Assembly: GCA_035221665.1 (NCBI GenBank)
Contig: CM069163.1
Span: 17,856,001-17,920,000 of the forward strand
Length of the DNA stretch: 64,000 nucleotides
Direction: 5' to 3'
Origin: Okamejei kenojei
Lineage: Eukaryota
The notes under the pieces were generated by a model. It did no database searches and was not told the DNA's origin. It saw only the letters and a list, made by a program, of their open reading frames with translations. Positions 38,985 to 51,175 of the stretch are shown piece by piece. The stretch's first letter is position 1, and each line of letters begins with the position of its first letter. The position numbers were made by a program, and so were the translations under genes.

Positions 38985-39308
38985 ACCTGCTTTCAGCCAA
39001 GGCAAGGATTAAGTTTCCCTTGTCCTTAAACCCCACCAGCCTCCATATTCCCAGCATCATCAAAGAAAAACCACTCCTTCTTCAACTCCATGGTTTGTTC
39101 TTAAATCTCAACCAACCATTCCCCTTTTGTGACATTCCCTCTTGCAAGTGCAGGACATGCCAGATCTACTTACTCTCCCCCCGCCCCCCACCCCCTCACC
39201 TTCCCACCATTCAGAGCCCAAGAGGTCTTCCAGGTGAAGCAATCATTTGCTTGCACCACTTCCAATTTGGCCTTTTGCATTTGATGTTGACAATGTAGTC
39301 TCCTCTAA
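38985..39308 (+). mobile_element. Decayed Penelope-like (Neptune-type) linker/GIY-YIG fragment
   Basis: Fragments PTSLHI..II, CKCRTC, TIQSP, FQVKQSFACTTSNLAFCI*C*QCSLL match the Cys-rich linker and GIY-YIG start of PLEs. Confidence 0.65.
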
Positions 39309-39743
39309 ATGAATATTGTTTGGTCCTTTACATAAGCATTTGTTCACTTTGCTACATTTTGAAATGTCCTCCTTTGATTTGTCTATAAAATACAGAAGCC
39401 AATTTCTGACCAGAAAAGTGATAATGGCTAGTTTGTCTGTTCTTGTTACATCAGTTGAGGAAGAGCTATTGGCCAAGATTTCTCCTTTCTGAATGCTGCC
39501 ATGAGATTTTAATTAATTTAAAAGAGATGGATGTGACTATGGTTGAACATGCCACCAATTGATATCATCCTCTCCAATGCAGCTTTCACTTGTAAAGCAC
39601 AGAAATGTAAGTGTAGATTATATGCTCAGGATCTGGAATAGGGTTTAAACCTCATAATTAAAGTGTGGATGCATTACCTCAGAGTTGCATAGTAATGTTT
39701 TGCATGCGAGTTGACGAATGTGCTTTTTTGAATGGATTTTCAG

Positions 39744-39822
39744 GATGGAAAAATTGAATTCTCTGAGTTCATCCAAGCACTTTCAGTAACTTCACGGGGA
39801 ACTCTGGATGAGAAACTACGAT
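39744..39822 (+). CDS. NCS1: NCS1 coding exon 4
   Basis: ttttcag|[26 protein letters not shown](W)|gtaagt, 79 nt. Confidence 0.98.
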
Positions 39823-40818
39823 GTAAGTAACTCATTTCACTCGAGTCATGTTCATTTACATTTGCAGATGTAAACATACATTTCAGCAGTTTCCAACTAC
39901 TCAATTTAAGTTGAGGTTTATGCCTATAGCCAATTTCTTTTAGCATTTTTTGACGAACACCAGTGCTATGTAATTTTCATCATCAGTGCTATGTAATTTT
40001 TGTGTTTTTTTTAAGTTTTAATTATCGTGAATGTTTTTCATCCATTATCATTGTCAGGTTTATGTTGAATGATTTCAAGCATGTAGCCATAGTTGATGAT
40101 ATTTGTGCCTAACCCTAAATTGAGTGCAATTTGGTACAATGATTTGCTCCGTCATCTAAGTAGGACAGTTAAGAATGTACCGGTTAACATAGGACTGGGA
40201 TCATCGAGACCAGCAAGTTGTCAAGTTTCTTCTCCTAAAGAGCAATAGAGAATCAGTGTTTTTTTTTAGATAATCCAACAATGTCTTTGATTCTAGGTTT
40301 TTATGTAAATTATTCAGATTCTCAAACTGCCATTTTGTGATTTTTTTAAATTAATGTCAACTAGTTTATTGGTCTAAATCTTTGGATTATTTGTCCAGTT
40401 GGTTAAACACCAAACTCTTGTGCCCAGATATTAACATGGAAGATGCTATTTAGGTAATAGTGGATCTACAACCAGTCATACCTCATCCAGCAATTTAAAA
40501 TACATCCCGTATATATATAACAAATTTGTAGTGCAAAATATCTGTATCTACTGCTTTACAATGTTTAATTGAAAGCACATTTCACATTCATTATTATGTG
40601 TTACTAAAATCCTCAACTTTATTAATGTTCCCTCGTCTACAAGAGTTCTTACATAATTGTCCCTCCTGGGAATCTTGGTTTCAGAGCCGTTGTCAACTTT
40701 GGGCAGTCAGTTGTTGAAACGTGAACATTTGTCTCATTACAGAAGCCTATATTTCTCCAACAGTCTGCCGGAGGGTGTTAATTCTGAAAGTTCAATAATA
40801 CTTGATATGTTGTTTCAG

Positions 40819-40907
40819 GGGCTTTTAAACTGTACGACCTAGATAATGATGGCTACATCACCAGGACGGAGATGCTGAATATTGTGGATGCTATTTATCA
40901 GATGGTG
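40819..40907 (+). CDS. NCS1: NCS1 coding exon 5 (EF3)
   Basis: tttcag|(W)[29 protein letters not shown]|gtaagt, 89 nt. Confidence 0.98.
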
Positions 40908-42452
40908 GTAAGTAAATCTTAAAGATTAACCAATGTTTTTTTGTCTTTCAGTTTTGAATATAATACTGCATTCTCTCATTATTTCTACTTGAAGAATTCT
41001 GTTCTGATAAAGCATAAACATAATATTTTGTACAATGTCTGCCATTGAAAAGTTGATCCATTTCTAACACGTACCTTCAAACTTGCAGTAGAACATTTTT
41101 ATAACTACCAAGATCTTGACATTTTTCCTGAAAATTCACGTGGGTAAATATAAAAAGCTGAATGAATTAAACTGGCAGGCCCTGCGTTTTTCTGTGTGTA
41201 ACGTATTGTTCATTGTAAGGTGATGGGACATGCCCAGTAGACTAAACTTGCATAAGCAGGAGATGTAAGACCAAATTAGAATCAATGTGATATGAAATTA
41301 TGGAAATGTTTGAGTAAAAGCGAAACCTAAGCAGGTTAGGATAGTCTCTGTGGAAAGGAGAATTTGTTTAAGTTTTCTCGATGAGAGATTCCTTCATCAG
41401 ATGAAGGGGAGAGAGGATAATAATTTCAACATGGAAAAAAATAAAGTCAATGAGGCAGGAGGTGGCATCTTGAACCAATACTAACTATTGGCTCATGTAA
41501 TGTTGATGGTTGCCAGGACAAAGAGGAACAGACAAAAAGGATGGTTGGCAAAAATGTTAGTTTTCAACAGATAGGAGAAAAAAGTAATAATTATCTAACA
41601 GGTACAGAGAATTTGACATTGCATCCGTAAGCCAGCACTGTACCCAGATGGAAGAAGAACTTGAATTAGATCTTGGGATAACCAAACAGGAGGCCACGGA
41701 CACAGAGATTACAGTGAAAAGGCGTTGATGTATCAAACAGGCAGGAAGTTATTTCAGCCTAACAAAATATCTTGTATATAGAGATTAAAGAATCCATGTG
41801 AGCATTAGTGGAACATTGAGTTTGCACCTCCTGTGGTTTTAAAGATTTTCTTTACATTTGCACTATATTAAACACTCTAACCAGCTCTTTCTATTGAACC
41901 AGTGAATTATAGTTCTTATTCTTGCTGGAGCCTGAAAACCATGACTCCAGGTTCATGAATAGCTTGTGTCATCCATCAGGCTGTTGAACATTGCACCACA
42001 CTAACCTCACCAATGACGTTCATTGATTACATTAAGGGCACTGGATTTTTTGCACCAGTATTGTTATTAATTATTTTATTTTTTTGTATATTGTCTAGGT
42101 GTGCATTGTATTTACAGGCCTGTTATGCTGCTGCAATTAAGAGTTTCAATGTTCCGTTGTCAGTATGCGTAACAATAAACACTTTTGACTCTCTTTAGCC
42201 CAACCTCCAAATGTATATTTCTGCAGTTCTTCTTCATGTCATATAATATTTCAGAACTCTGGGCAAATATACTGATTTTATTTAACTTTGGGAATAAGCG
42301 ACCAAGTTCTTTTAAACATTGGAAGTGCAGATGTGACAGACACAAACTTAATTTCCCAATCTGATTGAAGTTTGGCTGGTTAATATGGAATTTTATCTGT
42401 TCTCATTTAATTTCTTGGCGTTATGTTTCATGCATTATTTCTGGGTTCTTAG

Positions 42453-42530
42453 GGTAATACTGTGGAGCTGCCTGAAGAGGAGAACACACCAGAGAAACGA
42501 GTGGATAGGATTTTTGCAATGATGGATAAG
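42453..42530 (+). CDS. NCS1: NCS1 coding exon 6
   Basis: ttcttag|[26 protein letters not shown]|gtaatg, 78 nt. Confidence 0.98.
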
Positions 42531-42644
42531 GTAATGAGTTTTATCTTTATTTTGTGTCAAATCATAAATTAATTTAAAAGTCTAATGCTGGAAGAAAGTT
42601 GGTCATTTTCAGCAGCAGTTTTTATCCTATTGAATGGCTAGTTT

Positions 42645-43105
42645 TATTTTGGAGAGACAGCATGGAAACAGGCCCTTCAGCCCACTGAGATTGTGCCGAC
42701 TTGCGAACACCTATACACTAGTTCAGGATGAGCCCGTATCTCTGGCACTGAGGCAGCAAATCTACCGCCACGTCAGTGTGCCACTCTTCTCTGTATTATA
42801 GAACTCACCCACTCTTCATTTATTTGTTTGGAATGACAATTGGATGGGTTCTATGCTGTTTAGTTTTAGTTTAGAGATAGAGCATGGAAACAGTCCCTTT
42901 GGCCCTGTGCATCCACACTGACCATTGATCACTTGCTCATGCTAGTTCTGTTATCCACTTTCTCATGCACTCCCTATACACTTGCAGCAATATACAGAGG
43001 CCAGTTAATCTACAATCCTGCATGTCTTTATGATGTGGGAGGAAACCTAAGCACTCAGAGAAAACCCACATGGTCACAGGGAGAACATGCAAACTCCACA
43101 CAACG
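42645..43105 (-). mobile_element. Two adjacent tRNA-derived SINE fragments (about 42645-42785 and 42858-43105)
   Basis: Both start (on +) gagacagcatggaaacaggccctt-like. The second contains the reverse complement of the V-domain (ggtcacagggagaacatgcaaactccaca). Confidence 0.75.
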
Positions 43106-43226
43106 AGATTGAATATTGTTCTTAGAGTAATTGAGATTTAAAACGTGGCCTTGTACTTAACTGAGCAGTTGACTGCCAAAACCTGGACGTTGTATTTCCA
43201 TTATTGTGACTTTATTTATATTACAG

Positions 43227-43325
43227 AATGATGATGGGAAGTTAACGCTACAGGAGTTTCAAGAGGGTTCAAAAGCTGATCCATCTATTGTCCAAGCGCT
43301 TTCGCTATATGACGGTCTAGTATAG
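43227..43325 (+). CDS. NCS1: NCS1 coding exon 7 (EF4, stop)
   Basis: ttacag|[32 protein letters not shown] with TAG at 43323-43325. The exon continues to a donor gtgagt at 43351. Confidence 0.98.
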   Translation, partial: NDDGKLTLQEFQEGSKADPSIVQALSLYDGLV

Positions 43326-43779
43326 CCTATGCAACCTCCCTTGTGCCATGGTGAGTTACGGTCACTTCTGCTTGTGTTTTTAGGTGGTACTTCAAATTTT
43401 ATGTACTCGTGTTTCCTGTCTGAAAAAAAAATCTAGAATAGTTAAATGTAGTATAAACATTATTTAAAAAGCACTGCTTGATACTGTCTTAACTATAATA
43501 GGAGGAAGGATGCTGTTTTAACAGTCACAAATAGTTGTGGTTGGTGCTCTTAGCTTGCACATTGTGCAGCAGTCGATTTAAAAAGCTTAAATTGACTCCC
43601 TCATGTATATTACTGAGCTTGTTGTTTATTATTGTTAGTCAGTGAGTATAACCACGTTTATACTTTGAATGTTTTTGACAAACACCTGACAATAATTTTT
43701 CATTGTTCGCTATTAATGATGATTATTCCACTTACTGAATGTCCGCTATTTTGGTGGATAAAGGTTTTAATTTAATGAC

Positions 43780-44638
43780 CTACTTGAAGTGGGACCCGTT
43801 TGGGGGAAGGGGGGGGGGGGAAAGGGGAAAGGGGGGAGAAAGGGGAAGGGGGGAGAAAGGGGAAGGGTGAGAAAGGGGAAAGGGGAGGGGGGGTGGAAGG
43901 GAAAGGGGGGGGGTGGATGGGGGAAGGGGGGCGACAGGCTACACGCACGCACGCACCCCCTTGGTATTATATAAACATTATTCATTCACTCCTTTTACCC
44001 CATCCCCTGCCCTATCGATTCGCATATAACCCTCAACTGCGCAGATGTGGCTGGGGGAGGGGGGGGTAAGAGAGGAAGGGGGGTAGATATTGTGTGTGCG
44101 GGGGGGGGGGGCGCGGCATCACAGGGGAGGGCTGGTTCCCGAACGCAATACTCCACCACTCACCCATAGGTCCCAATATTCACCACTCCCTAGAGAGGGA
44201 GCGTGGGGGCAGTGAGGGAGGGGGGACAGAGAGGGAGGGGATAGAGGCAGCACCTACCCAGGTCGTAGAGCAGCAGCCTTCCCTGGCATGGACCCGAGCG
44301 AGGCCCGGAGCGATCTGAGGACGGTCAAAAGCAGCAGAGAGCCCACCCACCCGCGTGACAGACGATCGGGCATGGGAGACTGAGAGGAGGTCGTCCCCCG
44401 TGATGGCCAGAGATCACCAGGTGGGATTGGGATCACCAGCGTCGAAAAGGCATCACGATTTCCCTAGTCCCTGCGATCGATGGAGGAATCGCAGATCTCC
44501 ATAGATGGCGTCTCCCAGAGGGAGTAATGGCTGCCACGGCCACTTCCCATCGCGCTGCCCTGCACCCGCGCGGCGATAATGGCCGCAGCCGCCACGCACA
44601 CACATCCACATCTAAGATCAGAGCGTTATAGTTATAGT
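43780..44638 (-). mobile_element. GC-rich non-autonomous element, possibly Helitron-like
   Basis: Sharp GC/CpG-rich block in the intron. The minus strand starts CTATAACTATAA.. and ends ..aacgggtcccacttcaagtag. No TIR or TSD seen. The canonical TC/CTAG ends are imperfect. Confidence 0.35.
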
Positions 44639-44910
44639 TCTCTCCTTGTTCTTGGATGAGGTCAGAGTGGTTCTTCTTTAATCTGTTCCAGTTCTTGCAT
44701 ATCCATACATGCATACTTACCAGCAGGGGTCACTTGATGACAGCCAGAAACGGAATCCTTTGCTGATTTTTTTTTTTGCCCCTTCCAACTTGCCTAATTC
44801 AAAACTTACAGTAACCTTGGAGAAGATCAATTTTATGAATGCAAACTAGTAATTGATCTAGAGAAAAGGAAACAATCAGAGGTTACACACTTTGAAAAAA
44901 AGAACTAAGT

Positions 44911-46545
44911 GGGCAGCACAGTAGTGCAGCTGGTAGAGTTGCTACCTTATAGAGACCCAGGTTCAATCCTGACCTCGGGTGCTGTTGATTGCATGTCATC
45001 CCTCTGACCTCCTGGGTTTCCTCCAGGTGCTCTGGTTTCATAGAAACATAGAACATAGAAAAATAGGTTTGGCCCTTCGAGCCAGCTCCGCCGTTCAATA
45101 TGATCATGGCTGATCATCTAAAATCAGTACCCCGTTCCTGCTTTTTCCCCCATATCCCTTGATTCCTTTAGCCCTAACAGCGAAATTTAACTCCCTCTTG
45201 AAAACATCCAGTGAATTGGCCCCTACTGCGGCAGAAAATTCCACAGATTCACAACTCTCTGGGTGAAAAGGTTTTTCCTCATCTCAGTCCCAAATGTCCT
45301 TCCCCTTATTCTCAAACTGTGACCCCTGGTTCTGGTCTCCCCCAACATCGGGAACATTTTTCCTGCATCTAGCCTGTCTAATCCTGTAAGAATTATATAT
45401 GTTTCTATGTGATCTCCTCTCATCCTTCTAAATTCCAGTGAATACAAGCCCATTTGACCCATTCTTTCATCACAGGTCAGTCCTGCCATCCCGGGAATTA
45501 ACCTGGTGAACCTAAGCTGCACTCCCTCAATAGCACCAATGTCCTTCCTCAAATTAGGAGACCAAAGTTGCACACAATACTCCAGGCGCGGTCTCAGCAG
45601 GGCCCTGTATAACTACAGTAGGGCCTCCGTACTCCTAAACTCAAATCCTCTCGCAATGAAGGCAATCATGCCATTAGCTTTCTTCACCACCTGCTGTACC
45701 TGCATGCTTACTTTCAGTGACTGATGTACAAGCACACCTAGGTCTCGTTGCACCTCCCCTTTTCTTAATTAGACACCATTCTGATAATAATCTGCCTTCC
45801 TGTTCTTGCCACCAAAGTGGATAACTTCACATTTATCCACGTTATACTGCATATGGGCACTCACCCAACCTATCCAAGTCACCCTGGGGCCTCATGGCAT
45901 CCTCCTCACAGCTCGCTCTTCCATTCAGCTTTGTGTCATCCACAAATTTGGAGATGTCACATTTAATTCCCTCGTCTAAATCGTTAATATATATTGTAAA
46001 TAACTGGGGTCCCAGCACTGAGCTTTGGGGCACCCCTCTAGTCACTGCCTGCCATTCTGAAAAGGACCCACTAATTCCTACTCTCTGCTTCCTGTCTGCC
46101 AACCAGTACTCTATCCATGTCAATATCCTACCCCCAATACCAATACTCTAATTTTACACACACTAATCTCGTGTATGGGACCTTGTCAAAGGCTTTTTGA
46201 ATGTCCAGATGCACCACACCCACTGGCTCTCCATATCCATTCTACTTGTTACATCCTCAAAACATTCCAAAAGATTAGTCAAGCATGATTTCCCTTTCAT
46301 AAATCCTGTCACTGCTTTCCAAATGCGCTGCTATAACATCTTTAATCATCGACTCAAGCATCTTCCCCACTACCGATTTAAGGCTCTTTTATCCCAAGTA
46401 CGTGCGGATTTGTAATTAATTCGCCTCTAAAATGGCACATTGTGTAGGGAGTGGATGGGAAAGTGGGATGACATAGAACTAGTGTGCACAGGTGATCGAT
46501 AGTTGGTAGGCTGAGGGGTCTCTTTCAATGCTATTTCTCTTTTTT
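44911..46545 (+). mobile_element. tRNA-derived SINE split by a CR1 insertion (halves 44911-45038 and 46386-46545)
   Basis: Head gggcagcacagtagtgcagctggtagag..ggttcaatcc and central tgggtttcctccaggtgctctggttt. It resumes with atcccaagtacgtgcgg after the LINE. Confidence 0.8.
45039..46385 (-). mobile_element. CR1-type LINE, 5'-truncated
   Basis: Minus ORFs WIEYWLADRKQRV...GVPQSSVLGPQLF..YINDLD...KFVDDTKL and FTQRVVNLWNFLP. (CATAGAAA)n tail at 45039. Confidence 0.95.
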
Positions 46546-46620
46546 TTAAAGATGTCCCAATTGTTTATGTAAATAACTGCATTTGTTGTGGTATCCTTTT
46601 TACTGTTGCATCCTTTCCAG

Positions 46621-48600
46621 ATGACCAAGGACTGAACCATTTTGATGCCATTTGAACGGTTCTGTGCAGAAGCTCGATGGTCCGGCAGCCACTCACCTTC
46701 ACTCAGATGTGAACAGGAGTGCACGAGTATGTGCAAGCTGAGCTCTTTTGCTTGTCTCCATTTGCCAATCTCAGCTTAAGAACCCAAAATGTTTTTTTCA
46801 AACTTGAATTCAGCAGTAGTCAAATGCCTCCGTTTTTTTTGGAAAGACGTGAACAAATGGAGCATGAATCTTCGCCTTTTTTTTGTACAATATTTGACAA
46901 TTGAAATGCTCTAGTTGTGAATGTTTCGTTTGGCTGACCTGACCGCCTCAAATAGTGATTAAAACAAAAGAAATTGCTGGTCTTTATTGTCTGAAAATAT
47001 TAGCTACAAAGTGAGGGTTTTGTGAGTGTTTTGTGCTTTGTGGAAATGTTTATCATGTATACTCTTTTAGTTGTGGGATTGCAATGTACTCTGGTTGTAT
47101 CATTTATTTTACAGAAAAGCAAACCATTTTTTAGAATCATGCTAACATTTATCAGGCATTAAATCTGACGTGTATGTTCTATGACTGAACGTTGTATTGT
47201 AACTGGTCCAAACTCCAAGCATTTATTGCAAATATTTTCCAAATTCCATTACTTTGTTCATTTGATGTTCTGTCAGAGACTGTGAAATAGGAATGGGCAG
47301 ATTGGAATGTATTATAGAGTTGACAAATATAACGACAAGAAATCTGCCTTTGAAGCAACAAAGCTGTTGTTGATCTTGAGCTCATGCAATACACGTTCGC
47401 CTGTTGCTTTCCCTATCATATAGTTTTAGATCTCAGCAGTGCATTATTTTATATTCCTCTGATCAAGAGATAAATAGTCTGAAATCAGGGGTTTCCATGG
47501 TTAATATTAACACCGCACCACATAATCATTGTTGTGAATGGAGACTGCCATCACCTGATTTGAATTCAATGTTGAAACTACATTTCATCATGTTCTAGAA
47601 TTCATATTAGAATTCCTATCGGTTTAGTATATTGAATGAAGTTTTCACAACACTACTTATAAAAGCCATGGAATCTCTCATTCACATCCATAGCTACTTT
47701 AACCCTGGACCATCTAATAGTTTTGCATATTGCACATCAGTTTTTTTTGTACTTAAAAAACAAAACTTTTCTCTCCCCATTTAATGATGTGACAATGGTT
47801 TGGACTCGAAAGAAATTTTGTTCCTTGGCATAAAAAATATGTGGGTTTATAAGAAAATATCAACCAAGACGAATATATGAAAACTATATTTTGTTTGTAT
47901 TGCATATGGGCATGAATGGGATGAATTTAATGTGCGCAGATCTTTGTTGTTATAGTTTGTGGAATCGCCTCAGAATGCTGTTTACTCTCTGAATTGATCT
48001 ATTTAATGCAACCCCTATTTGTTTTGGATTACTAAATCCTTTTAATATTTTTATTATATTTAATTGTTTTAAATTAAAAGATAGAATTGATAATTTCTGC
48101 ACGGTGATGTATTTTGTAAGTTACAATGGAAAGTGTACCTTCAATATATTTAAATTGTTTTGCTTAATTCTGTAAGCTTGATGTATGCTGTAGTGCACAT
48201 TGCTCACTTAACACATTGCAAATTCCAACAGTCCGGATAAATCACATTATACAGTTATCCAAATTTCTTGCACAATTGTTTTTGGAACTTCCAGTGGAAA
48301 CATTTCGGAAGTTGTATAGACTTGTGACAGATGTATTGTCCTTTCTCTGTCTTTCTCTTTCTCCTTTCTCTACCAAATCACACATGTATTTTTTCCTCAT
48401 GCTCCATTTTTTTGCCTCGGTGCTTGGTTTGTTTTTCTTATTCACACCTTTTTATCTGAGTGTTCATAGCGTTCTACTGTTACGTGCTACTGCTAAGCAT
48501 ATTTATCAGTCCGTGTAAGCAGAGCATGTTTGGTTGCACGTTGAACAAAATAAGCAATTTTCAGTCAAAAATGATTAAGGAATCTATCAATCCCGCTAGT
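46621..48600 (+). other. NCS1: Probable non-coding terminal exon (3'UTR) of NCS1; 3' end uncertain
   Basis: Strong acceptor tttttactgttgcatcctttccag| at 46620, followed by over 2 kb of AT-rich sequence with no recognisable interspersed repeat. ATTAAA at 48073 and AATAAA at 49662. Confidence 0.55.
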
Positions 48601-50152
48601 CTTTTTGGCTTGATTATAGTTTGTTTAGATGAGGCTATATTTTTGGATGACATAAATATCTTGTTTAAGTGATGGCACGCTATAAAGAGCAGGAAACATT
48701 GGAGCATTATCAGCTTGACTTCAGCAAAACAAAATGATTCACTCAGTGCCGGCCAGCAGTCATCTCTCTTCTTGGTACTTTTTGTTCTGGGTAAACACCA
48801 GCAAAATTTAGAAAGAGGAAAGGCTACTTCCCTACTTCTTCTTATCGAGGCCACATCACAAGATTAGAAATTGTTCAGCCAGAGTTGAACATACTTCTCG
48901 GCATCTGCATACAATGGTTTCTCGTGCGTAGTGGTGGAAAGATTGGTGGAAACAGGGTTGCGACGTGAACGCTCTTTCCTTGACCCTGCTTCCCATTTGT
49001 AGATGATTTATCCACTCCATAATTTTTGAAAGCGATGCGGTTCTTCTGTGAACACATCCATCAGTCTCACCTCCAGGGCACGTTGCTCATCAGTTGGGAA
49101 AGTCAAGGATGGGCTTTTCAAAAGTGTTCAACACTGCTTCAAGACCTCCGCCCCCCCCCCCCCCCCCCCCCCCAAGGAAGGAGGGAAAATTTTCATCAAA
49201 TAGGCTGCATCAATACTTTCATCCTCAATGGGGAAGACATACAGAGGTTGACCCTTTCGACTTCAATTTTTTTTTTAAACATTAGTTCTATTTGGAATGC
49301 TTCCAGTATTTGAAGTTAATATTTCTTTATGTGAAAATGGCCTCTTCTGCTGCTGTATTGGGACATAGATAGTTGTGATCTGTTCAGGCAAAAAGTTAAA
49401 ACCCGACCCAACTACTGAGTCTGAGGACTTGCCACTTTTTTTCATGCTCCACCCAATCCTATTGACTTAAAATGATCTCAACTATGCTGCTGTTCAGAAT
49501 CTCAACCTGGCCAAGCAGAATGTGCCTGGTTAACCCAGCATTTTTGACCCCCCATCTGTGTCCCCCATTGATACAACGTTATCCCCATGCAAAACCCTGA
49601 AGCCCATTTCTTTCCTGTCACTCATTCTAAATTATAGCATATCGGGCAGCTTCTGTAGAAAAATAAACAGCATTAAAACCCTTCATTGAAACTGGGAAAG
49701 GAAAAATTGGCTTCATGTTGTATTGGTGAATATTAAACTGCAGTCAAAGTGGTGCTCTTTTGCACCTTCTGTCACAAAGGTCAGAGTGTTACTGGTACTT
49801 TCAATGATCGCTTGTTGTTTCAGGAAGAACTTGATGCCATTGTCAAAGGTACTTAAATATTGATACTTGGAAATAACTGAGTTTTTATTGGCAAGTTCCT
49901 CTTTTAATAAAAACTCTTCACTTTTGCTAAATTATTTTCAAATGCATTGAAAATGGCATAGAAATGCACAAGTGCGACAGACGCATCTTAAAAGTTTGAA
50001 CTCTAGAATTTTGTTTTTTCTTTTGGTCATAGAAGCTTAATTATTGCAATTCAATGTTTATACTGTACATGGGATGGAGCTACAAAAAGTGTGCTGGAAT
50101 TATTGTGGATGTATCTCTTCAAATACTGTCTTCTGAATCAAGTTGCATTTTA

Positions 50153-50370
50153 TGTGTAGGAAAGAATTGCAGATGTTGGTTTAAACCTAAGGTAGACACA
50201 AAAAGCTGGAGTAACTCAGTGGGTCCATCAGCATCTCTGGAGAAAAGGAATAGGTGACGTTTCGGTTTCTGGTCTGAAGAATGGTCTTGACCCGAAATGT
50301 CACTGATTCCTTTTTCTCCAGAGATGCTGTCTGACCTACTGAGTTATTCCAGCGTTTTGTGTCTATCTTT
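50153..50370. mobile_element. Fold-back Penelope-derived unit with hammerhead-like core at 50274-50301
   Basis: Arms at about 50190-50265 and 50291-50370 are reverse complements. Confidence 0.78.
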
Positions 50371-50954
50371 GTCAGAGGTAGGATAAAGTTCAGATGTATG
50401 TCCAAACTCAGCACACAACACAGTCTAGGACATGATACTGGCTTGCAAATCCAAAAAGGAAAGAGAACATACTTAATAGATTGTGAAAGATTATGTTGCA
50501 ATTGGGGTCTTAAGTTTCAAGCACTAGAAATTGTTTGGGGGAATAAAATTCCAGGACTACCAATACAGAGTGAAAACACAAGATACAGGAAGTGTCAAGC
50601 AAGATAGTTAATATTTGATAGAGCAGGGCTGGTGTTTCAGACCAAGCCAGCTCTACTTCCTGCCTTCTCTCCCCATTCATCAGCCTTTCTGTTCTCAGAT
50701 TGTTGACATTAGATGAGTTTAAAATACTCCAACACCCCACGTCTTTGTCCCGATTCCATTTTCTTTTCTTCCACCCGTTTAGGTAGAAATGACCACATTA
50801 AAAATGACCACATTAAAACATTAAAAATGAAGTACTGTTTGATCTTGAGTTCAAAAAAAGTATGCCCTAACCCAGTGTATTTCTAGATTTCTATTACTAA
50901 CATTCCCAACCCAACCTATGCCCACATCATGCTAAAATTATTATATTCATCAAT

Positions 50955-51175
50955 TGCAAAACTGTGCTGGAGGAACTCATCGGGTTAGGCAGCATCTTGA
51001 GGGAATGGACAGACAGCTTTTTGGGTTGGGACTCTTCTTCACACAGAGGATTGACAGGGTGGGTCTCCAGCCAAATTGTTATCTGTCCATTTCTCTCCAC
51101 AGACACTCCCTGACCCACTGCGTACTCCAGCATTTTGTTTTGTTCATAATTCCAACATCTGCAGTTCCATGTTCT
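50955..51175. mobile_element. Older fold-back Penelope-derived unit
   Basis: gtgctggaggaactca..ggcagcatc in reverse orientation and cctgacccactgcgtactccagcattttg in forward orientation. Confidence 0.65.

Noticed and set aside
44911-44975. tRNA-like head with A/B boxes
   Set aside because: It continues into a SINE body and no complete cloverleaf is seen, so it is not a tRNA gene.
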